A model generated the notes under the pieces. It did no database searches, was not told the origin of the DNA, and worked only from the letters and a program-made list of their open reading frames with translations. DNA of 64,000 nucleotides from Arsenophonus sp. ET-KM2-MAG3 (GTDB taxonomy: Bacteria > Pseudomonadota > Gammaproteobacteria > Enterobacterales > Enterobacteriaceae), in NCBI GenBank assembly GCA_052174135.1, contig JBQMRZ010000004.1:203410-267409 (forward strand), written 5' to 3'. This document shows positions 1-12,798 of this stretch, piece by piece. How positions within the stretch are numbered: the stretch's first letter is position 1; each line of letters opens with the position of its first letter. The translations under genes were made by a program, and so were the position numbers.

Positions 1-1
1 A

Positions 2-106
2 TCTATTACTGATCCTTGTTTAGGTTGGCATGACACTGAACACTTACTAATTATATTGGTTGAAGCTGTAAAACATCGTTTTTATAATTATAAAGAAAAA
101 TTTTAA
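2..106 (+). CDS. aroH: 3'-terminal fragment (truncated by the window edge) of class I DAHP synthase
   Basis: Frame 2 reads SITDPCLGWHDTEHLLIILVEAVKHRFYNYKEKF* with TAA at 104-106. It matches the conserved C-terminus of enterobacterial AroG/F/H and is closest to my recollection of AroH (..SITDPCLGWEDTERLV..AVDTRF). The paralogue assignment is tentative. Confidence 0.7.
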   Translation, partial: SITDPCLGWHDTEHLLIILVEAVKHRFYNYKEKF

Positions 107-3100
107 TAGTTATCAAGTTAATTATCAGAGTAAATTTTTTATTATTAATAATAATCTTCTCTAAAAAAAATTATTAAATTTTTAATAAAAATTTAATAAT
201 TTTAAATATTTTATGATTTTTTATTTAAAAATCATATTTTTTAATAATTGCATTTAAGATCTTATCTTATAATTTAAGTTTTAAAAAAATCTATTATTAA
301 TACTGAAAATACAGTAATAATATTAACTAGAGAGAATAAATGAAAATTGATTTTTTTACTATCCAGTAATAGTAAAACTACACTAGCAATATTATTTATA
401 TGAGTAAGTCAATATGATTTAATTAATTTTACAATACGAACAAGTAAGATTTTAATATTCTAAAATAATAGAAAATTTTCTATAAGATTATGAAAATTTT
501 TTTCTAAAAAATATTATGTTTTTATAAACATTTTAAATTTATGGTAATTATTTTTATTAAAATAAATGAATGTAAATAAAGTAAAACAATATATTAATAT
601 TAAAATTTATTTGTGATATATATAGAAAAATACTAAATAATAAAAATAGCTTATTTAAAATGGGTAAACTAATAATCAATAAATCAAGTATTTTTATAAA
701 ATAAATCAAACAATAAAAATATAGAAGATAGTGTATTTGTTTTGAAATTAAAAAATCCTTTATTGGTCATGCCGACAACTAAGAAAATTAGATTGTTTAA
801 TTTAAATAAAACTTAAATTAATCTCTATTGTGCGTTAAATTCGATAATAAAATTATTTATAACATTTTATATAATAAAGAATATTAAAGTAATTAATAAC
901 AAACTTAATGATAAACAAAAATCAAACTTATTAAAATATCAAAATATTAATGAATATAAATACTCTTATTTATACAACAAAATAAAGCAAATTATTTATT
1001 AATGTTATTTAAAATCTAATCTATGTAATAATTTAACTTAATGAATTTTATAAAATTCATTAAGTTTTAATAAATAATTGAAATTAATATAAGTCTATTA
1101 TTATTTTTTTAAGTTAATAGTGAATAAACTCATGAATATTTTTTTATTTTTTTTATTATTTTATGATAAATCATAAACGTATGTATAATCAGGTTATAAT
1201 TATGAGTCACTCATTTGTATTTCAAAGCATCATATGAAATTGGCAATTAAAATAATTATTTTATAAATATTTAGAATGATTTTAATATAATTTAGCATTA
1301 ATAATATTAATTATATCAAGTTTAGCGCTTTAATAAATAAATAATTTTTTAATACTAATGATGTTCAAAAAATCATTAGTTATTCATTCTTTATTAATTT
1401 GAATAATAAACGCAATATATTATATTGTCTACTTGACATAATAAATAATAATTTATTTATTTTTTATTTATTATTTATCTGATACACTATAGCTATAGTG
1501 TTTTATAAAAGATATTTTAAATTTAAAAGTATCAATGATATTGATAAAATATATAAAAATAATATCAAATATTTTTTAATAAAGAACCAATTATGTTGAT
1601 AGATAATAAAATGGAAAAATTAAAAATATGAATATAAACCTCATTAATCTAATAGTCATTAGATTACTAAATGTATATTTTAATCAATCCTTTAAAATAA
1701 TATATTTATGTAATTTTTCTATAAAATATAAAATAATATAATAAAATATACTCAAAATTATTCTATTTATAGTTATTTTATATATTTACTGCTATAATAA
1801 ATTATACAAAGAGTTGTCTTTTTATTAAAAAGAGTTTTATATTAAAAATATAGTATAATTTTAAATAGCATTAAGATCTTTTTTTTAAGAATATTTTTAA
1901 TTAATCATTCCATATAATTTAGAAGTTAATGTTATCTAACGTATATTTTAGATTAAATTATTTTAATATTAATCAAGTAGATATTTATTTATTTAATTAC
2001 TTAAATTTTTCTCTGCTTCAGCTAGATAAATATTTATACATTTTAAATATAAAAACATTAATATTCAGTATATATATAACTTATTTAATACTGAATTTCA
2101 ATGTTTGATTGAATCATAGATTATCTATTTTAATAAACAAAATAGATAAGTTCACGACTTGATTTTTTTTGTTGTATTAAAATTTTATAAACACTTAAAA
2201 TATTTTTTATTAAATAAGTTTTTTAGTATTTATTGATAACAAAAATTTTTTATTCAAAATTAAATTAACTAATAATATAACTTATCAATTATGGAATAAA
2301 AACAACTATATTTATAATTATTTATATAATATTAATCATCTTTTAATTTTGTTACTTATGCAAGAAAAACAGAGTGTAAAATAAATAATTATATTAAAAA
2401 TTTTACTTAATAAAATTATAAAATAATCAATTAGTTAATATTAATAATGAGTTTAAAATTATAATAAATTCTCAATAAATAATTAAGAATAATAATTATT
2501 ACTTGTCTTCTTATGAAAGAAAATCAATCTTCAAGGAAGATATGAGAAGATTTTAAATAAAAGCATTAAAGATATAAAAAGTTTAAATTTTAGAAAAGTG
2601 TATTACTTTATATATAGCATTTGATTATAAAGGTTATTTAATTAAAAATATTTGAGAATTAATTTATATAAATATAACCCTCTTATTGAATGTAAAATTG
2701 AATTTATTATAAAATACTAAAGTTAAAGTAAATAGAAAAACTCAAATAATGCAATAAAATAATTTATTATGTAAAATATAATTATCGTGAATTTTTAAAA
2801 ACTTATTTTTATTAACAAATAAATTTACAATTAGATAAAGAAGTATCATTAAAACTAGTTTTATCAAAATTTAGTAATAAGAATAAAGGATTCTAACAAA
2901 ATATAGATATTAATAATTAACATATGAAATAAAAAAAAAATATGAATTAGATTATTTATAATACAAACGTAACTCAAAAAAAATGAGTTATTTTAAATTA
3001 ATAAGAATCCTGGATATAAATTTTAAATATTTATTTTAAATAAAATAAATATTTTATTAAAGTGATCAATAATACTCAGTATAGTTTCATTACATTAGTT

Positions 3101-3684
3101 TAATATATTTAGTTCATCTAAATAAATTGGAAAATATTAAATCTATTAAGTTTTTTATATAAATGACAATATTTGTTATCTATAAAATAGTTAAATATAA
3201 ATATATTTACTAATCTTATACGTTAAATAAATCTATATATATTAATAAATATTATTTAGTTGATGTCTAAAAATCTTCATGGCAGAAAATTAAGGAATTC
3301 ACTATCATGAAATTAGAAATAATTAAATATATATAAATACTTATACTATTTTTTGTCAGTAATTACTTTTTACAGAAAACTTTTACTTGTTAATAGGTTA
3401 TAATTTATGATAAACTAAGTAAAAATTCTTATATTATAAGATAAATAAATTCAACTAATTTGTTTATTAAAATATTTCATTATAAATAGATTTGATTAAA
3501 ACTGTTTTTAATAAAAATTAAATTACTTATTAATGTTGATGATGAAAAACATAAATTTTATTTAATTTATTTAGTTTACTTGATAAATAATGAATCTTAT
3601 TTCTATAAACAAATAATGAATAATAAATAAAATAGTTGTATAAAAAATTTTTTTTTAACATTTATTTACTCTTGATAGTTATCT

Positions 3685-5262
3685 TTATTCCCATTCAATT
3701 GTTGCTGGGGGTTTGTTACTAATATCATAAACTACTCTAGAAATACCAGTAACTTCATTAATAATTCGACTTGAAACTAAATCAAGAAAATCATATGGCA
3801 AACGCGCCCAATTAGCAGTCATAAAATCAATGGTTTCGATAGCCCGTAGTGATATAACCCAGTCATATTTACGTTTATCTCCCATTACACCAACTGAGCG
3901 CACTGGTAAAAAAACTGTAAAAGCTTGACTAACTTTATAATAAAGATTAGCTTTATTTAATTCTTCAATAAAAATAGCATCTGCTTTACGTAATAAGTCA
4001 CAATAAGTTTTTTTTACTTCACCTAATATTCTCACACTAAAACCAGGTCCTGGAAATGGATGATGATATAGCATATCATAAGGAAACCCTAATTCTACAC
4101 CTACTTTACGTACTTCATCTTTAAATAATTCTTTTAATGGCTCAATTAATCCAAGTTTCATTTTTTTTGGTAATCCACCTACATTGTGGTGAGATTTAAT
4201 AGCATATGATTTACCTGTCTCTAAAACAGTAGATTCGATTATATCTGGATAAATGGTTCCTTGCGCTAACCATTTTACTTGCATTTGTTTAGCTGCTTCT
4301 TCATGAAATACTTCAATAAAAATACGTCCAATTGTTTTACGCTTTAATTCTGGTTCACTAATCCCCATCAATGCACTAAAAAAACGATCTTCGGCTGCTA
4401 TTTTAATAATATTAAAATTAAATTTAGTTGAAAATATAGCCATGATTTTCTGTACTTCATTTAATCGTAATAAACCATTATCAACAAAGATACAAATTAA
4501 TTGTTTACCAATAGCACGATTGAGTAATAGCGCAGTAACTGATGAATCAATACCACCTGATAGTCCTAAAATAACTTGATCGTTTCCAATCTGTTTTTTT
4601 AGGAGTTTTACTATATTTTCAATAATTAATTTAGTAGTCCAATGTGCTTTGCAGCCACAAATACTTAATACAAAATGTTGTAAAATTGTTATACCCTGAT
4701 GAGTATGTGTAACTTCAGGATGAAATTGAACTCCATAGAAATGTTTTTCTTCATTAGCTATTATCGCAAACGGACAACTATTAGTACTAGCTATAACATT
4801 AAAATCAATCGGTATAACAGTTACTTTATCACAGTGATTCATCCAAACATCAAGTAGTGGTTTACCGTCTTCACTTAATCTATCATAAATATCACGAAAT
4901 AATTCACAAGATTTTTGGATAAAGACTTGTGCGTAACCAAATTCTCTTTCATTAGATACTTCAACTTTCCCACCTAATTGAATAGACATAGTTTGCATAC
5001 CATAGCAAATACCTAGCACAGGAACACCGGCTTGAAAAACATATTCTGGTGCACGTGGGCTATTTTTTTTGGTAGTACTTTCTGGCCCACCAGAAAGTAT
5101 GATCCCATTTGGATTAAAGCGACGAATTTGTTCAGCGGAAATGTTCCACGCCCAAAGTTCACAATAAACTCCAATTTCACGGATACGACGAGCAATTAAT
5201 TGACTATATTGTGAACCAAAATTAAGAATTAAAATTCGGTATTGATAAATTTCAGTTGTCAT
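3685..5262 (-). CDS. guaA: GMP synthase (glutamine-hydrolysing)
   Basis: The 525-aa ORF is collinear with E. coli GuaA over its whole length ([11 protein letters not shown].., [17 protein letters not shown], ..KPPATIEWE*). It lies downstream of guaB, as in the guaBA operon. Confidence 0.97.
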   Translation of the reverse strand: MTTEIYQYRILILNFGSQYSQLIARRIREIGVYCELWAWNISAEQIRRFNPNGIILSGGPESTTKKNSPRAPEYVFQAGVPVLGICYGMQTMSIQLGGKVEVSNEREFGYAQVFIQKSCELFRDIYDRLSEDGKPLLDVWMNHCDKVTVIPIDFNVIASTNSCPFAIIANEEKHFYGVQFHPEVTHTHQGITILQHFVLSICGCKAHWTTKLIIENIVKLLKKQIGNDQVILGLSGGIDSSVTALLLNRAIGKQLICIFVDNGLLRLNEVQKIMAIFSTKFNFNIIKIAAEDRFFSALMGISEPELKRKTIGRIFIEVFHEEAAKQMQVKWLAQGTIYPDIIESTVLETGKSYAIKSHHNVGGLPKKMKLGLIEPLKELFKDEVRKVGVELGFPYDMLYHHPFPGPGFSVRILGEVKKTYCDLLRKADAIFIEELNKANLYYKVSQAFTVFLPVRSVGVMGDKRKYDWVISLRAIETIDFMTANWARLPYDFLDLVSSRIINEVTGISRVVYDISNKPPATIEWE

Positions 5263-5326
5263 CTAAAAAAAATTCCAAAAACAAACGATAATTTAAAGAT
5301 TTATATAAAAACTGATAAGATTGTCG

Positions 5327-6790
5327 TCAATCAAATCGATAATTTGGTGATTCTTTAGTAATCATAACGTCATGTACATGGCTTTCTTGGATGCCAGCAC
5401 TACTAATTCGTACAAATTCAGTTTTATTCCTTAATTCATCAATATTAGCGCAGCCAGTTAAGCCCATACAAGAACGAAGCCCACCCATTTGCTGATGAAC
5501 AACATTTTTTAATAATCCTTTGTAAGCAACCCGTCCTTCTATTCCCTCAGGAACTAATTTATCTATAGCATTATCGGTTTGAAAATAACGATCAGAAGAA
5601 CCTCCTTTTGACATTGCGCCTAATGATCCCATTCCGCGATAAGTTTTATAAGAACGTCCTTGAAAAAAAATTGTTTCTCCTGGTGACTCCTCAGTACCAG
5701 CAAACATCGATCCAACCATAACGCAAGAAGCCCCAGCAGCGAGTGCTTTAGCGATATCACCAGAAAATCGAATTCCCCCATCAGCAATTACTGGTATATT
5801 CATACCATTAAGAGCTTCAACTGCATCAGCAATAGCGGTAATCTGTGGTATACCAACGCCAGTAACAATTCGTGTTGTGCAGATAGAACCGGGACCAATA
5901 CCTACTTTTACTGCACTTGCGCCTGCTTTAGCTAAAGCTTTGGCGCCTTCAGCAGTTGCAACATTACCACCAATAATTGGCAAATCAGGATATTTTTCTC
6001 TAGTTTCACGAATACGATCTAAAATACCCTGCGAGTGCCCATGAGAAGAATCAATTAATAAAATATCAATCCCCGCCGCAACCAATGCTTCAATACGTGA
6101 TTTATTATTAGATCCAGCCCCAACAGCAGCGCCTACTCGTAAACGACCTTGTTCATCTTTACATGCATTTGGCTTACGTTCAGCTTTCTGGAAATCTTTT
6201 ACTGTAATCATACCAAACAGATGAAAATCATCATCAACCACTAATGCTTTTTCAATACGTCTTTCATGTAATTTTTGCAAAACTATATCACGAGATTCAC
6301 TTTCTTTAACAGTAACCAAATCAGATTTAACTGTCATAACTGCAGTAACTGGTTGATCTAAATCTGTTACAAAACGAATATCACGACCAGTAATGATACC
6401 AATTAATTCTTTATTGTTAACAACTGGATAGCCAGAAAAACCATTGCTTTTAGCCATCTCATAGACTTCACGAATTGTTGTTTCTGGTTTAACAGTAAGA
6501 GGATCAATAACAATGCCACTTTCATATTTTTTAACTCGTCGAACTTCTTTTGCATGATGCTCAACTGACATATTTTTATGAATGAAACCAATTCCTCCCT
6601 CTTGAGCCAATACAATAGCTAAATTTGATTCAGTTACTGTATCCATAGCAGCAGAAAGTATAGGAATAGTTAAACGAATGGTAGCAGTTAATTGAGTTGA
6701 TAAATCAGCAGTGTTAGGTAATACATTTGAATACGCTGGAACTAAAGATACATCATCAAATGTTAATGCTTCTTTTTTTATACGTAGCAT
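5327..6790 (-). CDS. guaB: IMP dehydrogenase
   Basis: The ORF is collinear with E. coli GuaB ([14 protein letters not shown].., CBS pair, [11 protein letters not shown] catalytic loop). I place the start at the second Met (6790) to match the E. coli N-terminus [14 protein letters not shown]. The ORF-track start at 6796 is the alternative. Confidence 0.96.
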   Translation of the reverse strand: MLRIKKEALTFDDVSLVPAYSNVLPNTADLSTQLTATIRLTIPILSAAMDTVTESNLAIVLAQEGGIGFIHKNMSVEHHAKEVRRVKKYESGIVIDPLTVKPETTIREVYEMAKSNGFSGYPVVNNKELIGIITGRDIRFVTDLDQPVTAVMTVKSDLVTVKESESRDIVLQKLHERRIEKALVVDDDFHLFGMITVKDFQKAERKPNACKDEQGRLRVGAAVGAGSNNKSRIEALVAAGIDILLIDSSHGHSQGILDRIRETREKYPDLPIIGGNVATAEGAKALAKAGASAVKVGIGPGSICTTRIVTGVGIPQITAIADAVEALNGMNIPVIADGGIRFSGDIAKALAAGASCVMVGSMFAGTEESPGETIFFQGRSYKTYRGMGSLGAMSKGGSSDRYFQTDNAIDKLVPEGIEGRVAYKGLLKNVVHQQMGGLRSCMGLTGCANIDELRNKTEFVRISSAGIQESHVHDVMITKESPNYRFD

Positions 6791-6954
6791 AAGCAATATC
6801 TCAGTATACAGAGTTCGGAAAAAGATAAAATATTGCGAAAATAATATACATAATGAAATTTATTAACTCCAGTATTTTTCATTAAATTTTTTTTAAAAGA
6901 TAAAATACATAAACTTATATTAAATTTAAAATTTAGATGATTAATAATTAAATT

Positions 6955-8290
6955 TATGAAATTATAGATTTTTTTTAAAAAACTAAAATATAAAAATAAT
7001 ATATAGAATTTAATACATCTTTAATTTACAAAATATCTTTTGTTTGGTAACATATAAAATCTTTATATTTACTCTCAATAAAATCTTTTTTTATTCATTT
7101 AAAAAATTTTTATTAACATCTACATATATAAAAAATATTTTATGAAAAAGTACTATTAATGAAATCAATAATGTTATTTTTTATTTTATTTTTTAGTTAA
7201 GTATAACTCTGTAACTTTATAAGTCTACTCTTTATTTTCTCTTTCTATCACTTAATATAGATGATATAATTTTAATTTTATTTAAAAATAGATCCCATTA
7301 AAATATAAAATATCGTACTATAAATTTTTCTTTTTTTTATTAATGCTTATTTTTTTTGCATTAACTATAAAATTAATAATCTAAATAATAGAGTTATAAT
7401 GTTATTTTTTTATCTATCGTATTTTACAGATTATTGATAGCTAAGAGATACGATAAACATTAGCGCAAATAAATTAATATTTTTCTAATAAGATTGTCAA
7501 AAAAATAAATGATTATTTAACGGAATAAACATGACAATTATTAATTTTTAGAAAATTTTTTCGATAAAAATACTTTTATAATATTAAAATTTTAATTTTT
7601 TTATTTAATTAGAAACTGATTAAATTATCTCATAATAAAAACGTTATAAAAGTATATAAAATACAATAAACTTTTTAGAATTTTTATTCTATGTCTGATA
7701 GATTTCCTACAAAGTAGTTAGCTATTGATGTTTTATATATTTTTTTGATTAGTCAATTTATTGTAATTATACGATAATTATCGTATATAAATTTATATTT
7801 TTTTATAAATAAATAATCAATATAAATTGAATTTTTATAATAAATTAAAGCTAATATAGTGCACTTGGTATACTTAATTAAGTAATAGTATTTTTTAATA
7901 AATTTAATAAATAAAAATATACTTCTCTTTATAAAAAATATTTTTATTTTATTTATATGTATTTATAGAGATTTTTACTTACTATTTGTAGATTAAATTA
8001 TAGTATTATGTTAATAGTATTTATTTTACTATTATTATCCTTTTTATCAAACTTTTTCTATTAATTAATAAATACTTCTATCCGCATTCATGTTTTATTG
8101 CTAATTAAATTCTTTGAAAATTTATGAAAACTCATGATTTAGCAAATATATTTTATATCAAATGACAATATAAATCATTAATTAACATATTAAAATTAAA
8201 TTAATTAACTTGAGGCTATTAATTAATTATATATTAAAAATCCTCAAATTGATAAAGAAAATAGTCAAATTTTTTCTTATTAATTTAAAT
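6955..8290 (+). pseudogene. xseA: Eroded fossil of exodeoxyribonuclease VII large subunit; many in-frame stops
   Basis: xseA is the divergent neighbour of guaB in E. coli, and the 1.5-kb desert fits a promoter gap plus a 1.37-kb gene. Three anchors lie in one frame (position = 1 mod 3). 7042-7047 gtt tgg gives VW (V30 W31 of ..GQVWISGE..). 7096-7107 cat tta aaa aat gives HLKN, against GHWYFTLKD with a 4-codon loss. 7612-7620 gaa act gat gives ETD, against AVGHETD. Flanking residues differ by AT-ward single-nucleotide changes. Boundaries are approximate. Confidence 0.45.
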
Positions 8291-8297
8291 ATTATCC

Positions 8298-9428
8298 TCA
8301 TAATAATATTTTTTTCATAATTTCATGATAAATAAGGTATAATTTATTAAGATCAATAATATTAACACATTCATTTGGTTTATGAATAGTTTCATTTAAA
8401 AGGCCTAATTCAATAATTTGTGCACCCATTTTAGCAATAAAACGACCATCAGATATTCCACCATCTGTTGATAATTGAGGTTGATAATAACAATATTTTT
8501 CTATAGCCTCACTGACAATATTAAATAATTTACCTTTTTTTGTTAAAAATGGATGACCAAATAATGACCATTTAATTTTATAATTAAATTGATATTTTTT
8601 TAATATTTTTTCAACTTTTTGGCGAATTTGTTGATCGGTAAGTACATTACTAAAACGAAAATTAAATTGTATAATTAATTCACTAGGAATAATATTATTA
8701 GTATTATTATCAGAATTAATGTTGAAAATTTGCATACTTGTTGGAGAAAAAGAATGATTACCAATATCCCATTTTTTATTAATCAGTTCATTTAAAAAAG
8801 GTAATGAATTATGTATCGGGTTATTAGCTAAATATGGATAAGCAATATGTCCCTGAACTCCGCAAATCACCACTTTAGCTGTTAATGAGCCTCGACGCCC
8901 ATTTTTAATAATATCACCAAGCTTAATTTGACTAGACGGTTCACCTATTATACAGTAATCAATTTGTTCATTGCGTGCTATTAATTTATCAACAACTTTT
9001 GCTGTTCCGTTAATAGCTTTAGCTTCTTCATCAGAGGTGATCAAAAAAGCTAATCGACCGGTATGGTTAGGAAAATTGCTAATAAATTTTTCAGCGGCTA
9101 TAATCATTGCAGCAAGAGAACCTTTCATATCAACAGCTCCTCGACCATAAAGAAGTCCGTCATTTAATATTGGAGTAAAAGGCGGGTAATGCCAATCTTG
9201 AACTGCTCCTGCCGGAACAACATCTGTGTGCCCAGCAAAGGCTAATGTTTTGCCTTGTTTTCCATGAAGTGCCCATAAATTTGTAGTATTGTTAAATGAC
9301 ATAACTTCAATTGAAAAACCAAGTTTTTTTAATTTATTAATTAAAATAACTTGACAACCATAATCATTAGGGCTAACAGAGGGCAATTGAATTAGTTTTT
9401 TCGTGAGTTTAATAATAGGACAAATCAT
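8298..9428 (-). CDS. dapE: succinyl-diaminopimelate desuccinylase
   Basis: The 376-aa ORF is collinear with E. coli DapE (LAFAGHTDVVP, GRGAVDMKGSLAAM, LITSDEE, GRRGSL, GGISDGRFIA). Confidence 0.95.
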   Translation of the reverse strand: MICPIIKLTKKLIQLPSVSPNDYGCQVILINKLKKLGFSIEVMSFNNTTNLWALHGKQGKTLAFAGHTDVVPAGAVQDWHYPPFTPILNDGLLYGRGAVDMKGSLAAMIIAAEKFISNFPNHTGRLAFLITSDEEAKAINGTAKVVDKLIARNEQIDYCIIGEPSSQIKLGDIIKNGRRGSLTAKVVICGVQGHIAYPYLANNPIHNSLPFLNELINKKWDIGNHSFSPTSMQIFNINSDNNTNNIIPSELIIQFNFRFSNVLTDQQIRQKVEKILKKYQFNYKIKWSLFGHPFLTKKGKLFNIVSEAIEKYCYYQPQLSTDGGISDGRFIAKMGAQIIELGLLNETIHKPNECVNIIDLNKLYLIYHEIMKKILL

Positions 9429-9439
9429 AGTAGATCTCT

Positions 9440-9721
9440 TTGATTTATATATTATTAATTTTTATTAAAAAATTAATAATATAATAGTTATTTTGTAGTT
9501 ATCAAGCATGAATATTTAAAAAAATATTTGATATTTTATTTTTAATTTTTTATTTTTTTTAATGTTAAACTTATTAATAATATTTGTTTTTATTCGAAAT
9601 AAAATTTTTCAAGAAATTTAATATTTATTAGTTAAGATAAAAATCTACCTATATAAATATTTAAATGAAAACTAATAATATTATTCTTATAATTATTTTA
9701 TTTAAAAATAAAACAAGTCAT
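9440..9721 (-). pseudogene. yffB: Eroded fossil of ArsC-family protein YffB, the upstream operon partner of dapE in E. coli
   Basis: On the minus strand an ATG at 9721 reads MTCFIFK*NNYKNNIISFHLNIYIGRFLS*. The segment NNI-ISFHLNIYIG aligns with ANNIDYRFHDYRVDG of YffB: N, N, I, F, H and G are identical with one codon missing. About 10 N-terminal codons appear to be lost. The evidence is weak to moderate. Confidence 0.35.
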
Positions 9722-11898
9722 TTTAACTTTAATTTGTATTGTCTATTTTTAAATATGTTAAATTAATAAGTATTATATTTTTTTAAAATAAATTGGTTAA
9801 ATATTTTTTCAAATTTTTTATTTTTTAATAAAATACTAAATATTGTAGTATTATTTTATTTATAATAACTAGCTTTATATAAAAGATTTTTAGTAATTAT
9901 TTATGAATAAATTAATTTTATACATTACAATTAATTAAAGTTAACTGATGATTTTTTTAATAATTTTATATAATACAAATTACTTTATTTTTAATTTTAT
10001 AATCAAGATTTATTATTTTTATAAAAATATAGCATTTAAAATTTTATGGTTAATTTTTGAAAAATAGTTATTTATTTGTTCTTAATTTTAATTACAAAAA
10101 TATAACGAGAATTGATTGGTAAATTCAATTAACTAAAGAATAAAAAACTTAATAGATTTTTTGTTTTTTTTTAACTATTATTTAATTAATTTTAAAATTA
10201 AACACATAAATATTTATACATTTCTAAATTAATGATATTAATCTTCACATATAGATAATCTATTTAACAATAAACTCACGATATATAACCAAATTATCAA
10301 TTATTTATTTTATAAAAATACGAGTTATTCTAAGTTTTTTCGAAAAATTAGTTATTATTTGATATTAAGGATATTAGGTGGTATTTAAAAAATTTTTTAT
10401 AGTTAAATAAGGTATTTGTTTTTTTTAAAAAAAATTAAAACTGAATCAAACTATAATATATAGCTTATAAAATAAAAAAAACAAAAAAATAAAAAAAACA
10501 AAAAATATCATTATAATTTTAATTATTAAAGACCAATTACAGTTTATTTTTTTTTTGCTAATTTTATTAAAAATAAGACTAAAAATAAATTATTATAAAA
10601 ACATAAATTATGAATTATAAAATACCTTAATAAATAATATTTTTTTATTTAGAATTAAAACTCTAATATTTATTTTTTTCAAATTTATTGAATAATTGAT
10701 AGATAAAATAAAGTTCTTTTTTATGCTAGAATGATAATATCAATATAAAATTTATGATTTAAATAACATGAGAGAATTATTATTCTTAGATTGTATTAAC
10801 AATTTTTATAAGAATAAAACTATTTTGTTCTTTTTTTTTGATTTAATAATAAAACATAATTTGTTATAATCATTATTTAGTATAATAGTGTTCAATATTA
10901 TTAATATCTGAATTATCTAGTAAATCTTAGAAATATTAATGCTACATAAATAAATTTAATGAATTCATATTATTTACTTTCATAAAATATATTATCAATT
11001 ATTGATAATTCTTTATATTTTAGGTTAATGGTGTAATATATGAATTTTACTATATAACTAATTATAAGTGAAAAGTAGAATTGAAATATAGATACTTTAA
11101 AAAAAAATCCTTAGTCTCTTTTATTCTAAAAGAAACTTTATAAGAATATTGAGAATGATATAATAAATAATTAATATTTAGTACTAATTCACATAAAGCA
11201 TTTGATGAATAGTATTCGATAATTAATGAATTATATATTCTATATGTATTTAAAAAATACAAGATTTATTAATTGGATTAATTTATTAATTCTTTTAAAT
11301 AAACAAAAATGTGTTTTATAAAAAAATAGGTAATATTTTGATTTTTAAGTATTTTAATATAAATATATTCAATATTTTGTAAATTAATTCTATAATTATT
11401 TAATTGATATCTTTAGTTGAGATAAATAAAAATTAAAATTTTATTTTTTATCATGAAAATTTTATTTTCATGATAAAAATTTTTGACTAGTTTACATGTA
11501 GTAAAATACTCTAAATAATAATGATCATGATGTTGTAATTTTTTTTTTGAAAAAAAACTTGTTTTATTTTATTTTGATCAAATATATATTTGATATTCTG
11601 AGTAATTTAATTTTTTAATAAAAATATTATTAGCTAATATACCATAAAAAAGTAAATTATACTTAATTTTATAAAATATTATTTATAGTCTTAGTATCTA
11701 ATGAATTAATATCATAAAATTAAATATTTTGTCTATTATTATATTTTAATTTAATTAAATTAATTTGTTATTTTTTGTCATATATCTTTTTATTTAATTG
11801 ATTTTATAATTATATTTTAATCAAAAATTATTGATAATAAGATATAAATATATTTATATTTTATTTACAGTAAAGTGTTTATCAAAAAAAGTTATCTA

Positions 11899-12798
11899 TT
11901 AGCTAAATAAAGTAATTAATAATGGCGTTAATAAACTTAATACAAAACCATGTATAATAGCAGAAGGTATAATAGAAGCTCCTCCACTTTGTTGTAATAC
12001 AGGTAATGCAAAATCCATTGATGTTGAACCACAAATCCCCAATGCAGTAGATCGAAATTGATTAATAATAACAGGAATAAGCATGATAGCTAATAATTCA
12101 CGCATTAAGTCATTAAAGAAAGCAGTACTACCAATAACCGGTCCATAAACATCTGTGAGTACTATGCTAGTTAGAGAATACCAACCATAACCTGCTGCAA
12201 TTGATAACCCTATTTTTATGGGTAAATCTAATAAAAATGAAGCCAAAATACCACCAAGTAAGGCACTTATAGCAACAATTATTGCAATTATAGCTCCTCT
12301 AAAATTAATTAAAATTTGCTGAAGGTAGATTCCACTATTACGAAGATGACAACCAATTAATAATAATAAAAAAATAAGTATAATTTCAGAACTATTTCTT
12401 GCATAGGATAAAAATTGCCACTTTGTTAGTCCTAATAAGAAACCTAGCAATAACATACCACAAAGTGGTAGTAAACTTATAATCATTTTTAATCGAGATA
12501 ATGCTTTATTGGTTTTATATTTTGTGATTTTCCATGGAAAAAATTTATCTAATAACAATAAAGAAATAAGATTTGCAGTAAAAATGCAGAGAAAAAAAAC
12601 AATTGTATAAATAAAAATTGAAGTAAGATGAATGTTAATATTATCTAATAATGCCAATGTAATTCCCATTAAAAATAAAATTATGTAAACCATAATGCTT
12701 AACAAACAATCAACAACTATTAAAATTTTTTTATTTTTAAAGCAAAATAAATAACCTAATATTAACGGTAAAAGAATAATAAATAGTTTTGAATACAT
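11899..12798 (-). CDS. lysO: lysine exporter LysO (YbjE family inner-membrane protein)
   Basis: The 299-aa polytopic ORF has the same length as E. coli YbjE and is collinear with it (MYSKLFIILLPLILGYL.., GYGWYSLT, PVIGSTAFFNDLMRELLAIMLIP, STSMDFALPVLQ, IHGFVLSLL). Confidence 0.85.
   Translation of the reverse strand: MYSKLFIILLPLILGYLFCFKNKKILIVVDCLLSIMVYIILFLMGITLALLDNINIHLTSIFIYTIVFFLCIFTANLISLLLLDKFFPWKITKYKTNKALSRLKMIISLLPLCGMLLLGFLLGLTKWQFLSYARNSSEIILIFLLLLIGCHLRNSGIYLQQILINFRGAIIAIIVAISALLGGILASFLLDLPIKIGLSIAAGYGWYSLTSIVLTDVYGPVIGSTAFFNDLMRELLAIMLIPVIINQFRSTALGICGSTSMDFALPVLQQSGGASIIPSAIIHGFVLSLLTPLLITLFS

Noticed and set aside
5013-5195. Short ORFs from the six-frame track that lie antisense to, or out of frame within, strongly supported genes. 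They are 5013-5195, 6403-6615, 30372-30677, 30761-31045, 32529-32888, 37656-37871, 39649-39843, 44212-44412, 55156-55338, 55845-56048, 58520-58780, 60859-61041 and 60978-61169.
   Set aside because: Each is fully embedded in a CDS with full-length homology to a known enterobacterial protein on the other strand or frame. They have no recognisable motifs or Shine-Dalgarno sequences, and ORFs of this length are expected on the antisense strand of AT-rich genes.
11062-11262. A 66-aa ORF in the dapE-lysO desert.
   Set aside because: Its composition is typical of translated AT-rich junk (I/N/Y/L/K/S rich). It has no Shine-Dalgarno and no similarity I recognise. I estimate that a few stop-free runs of 60-70 codons are expected by chance in ~70 kb of two-strand desert.
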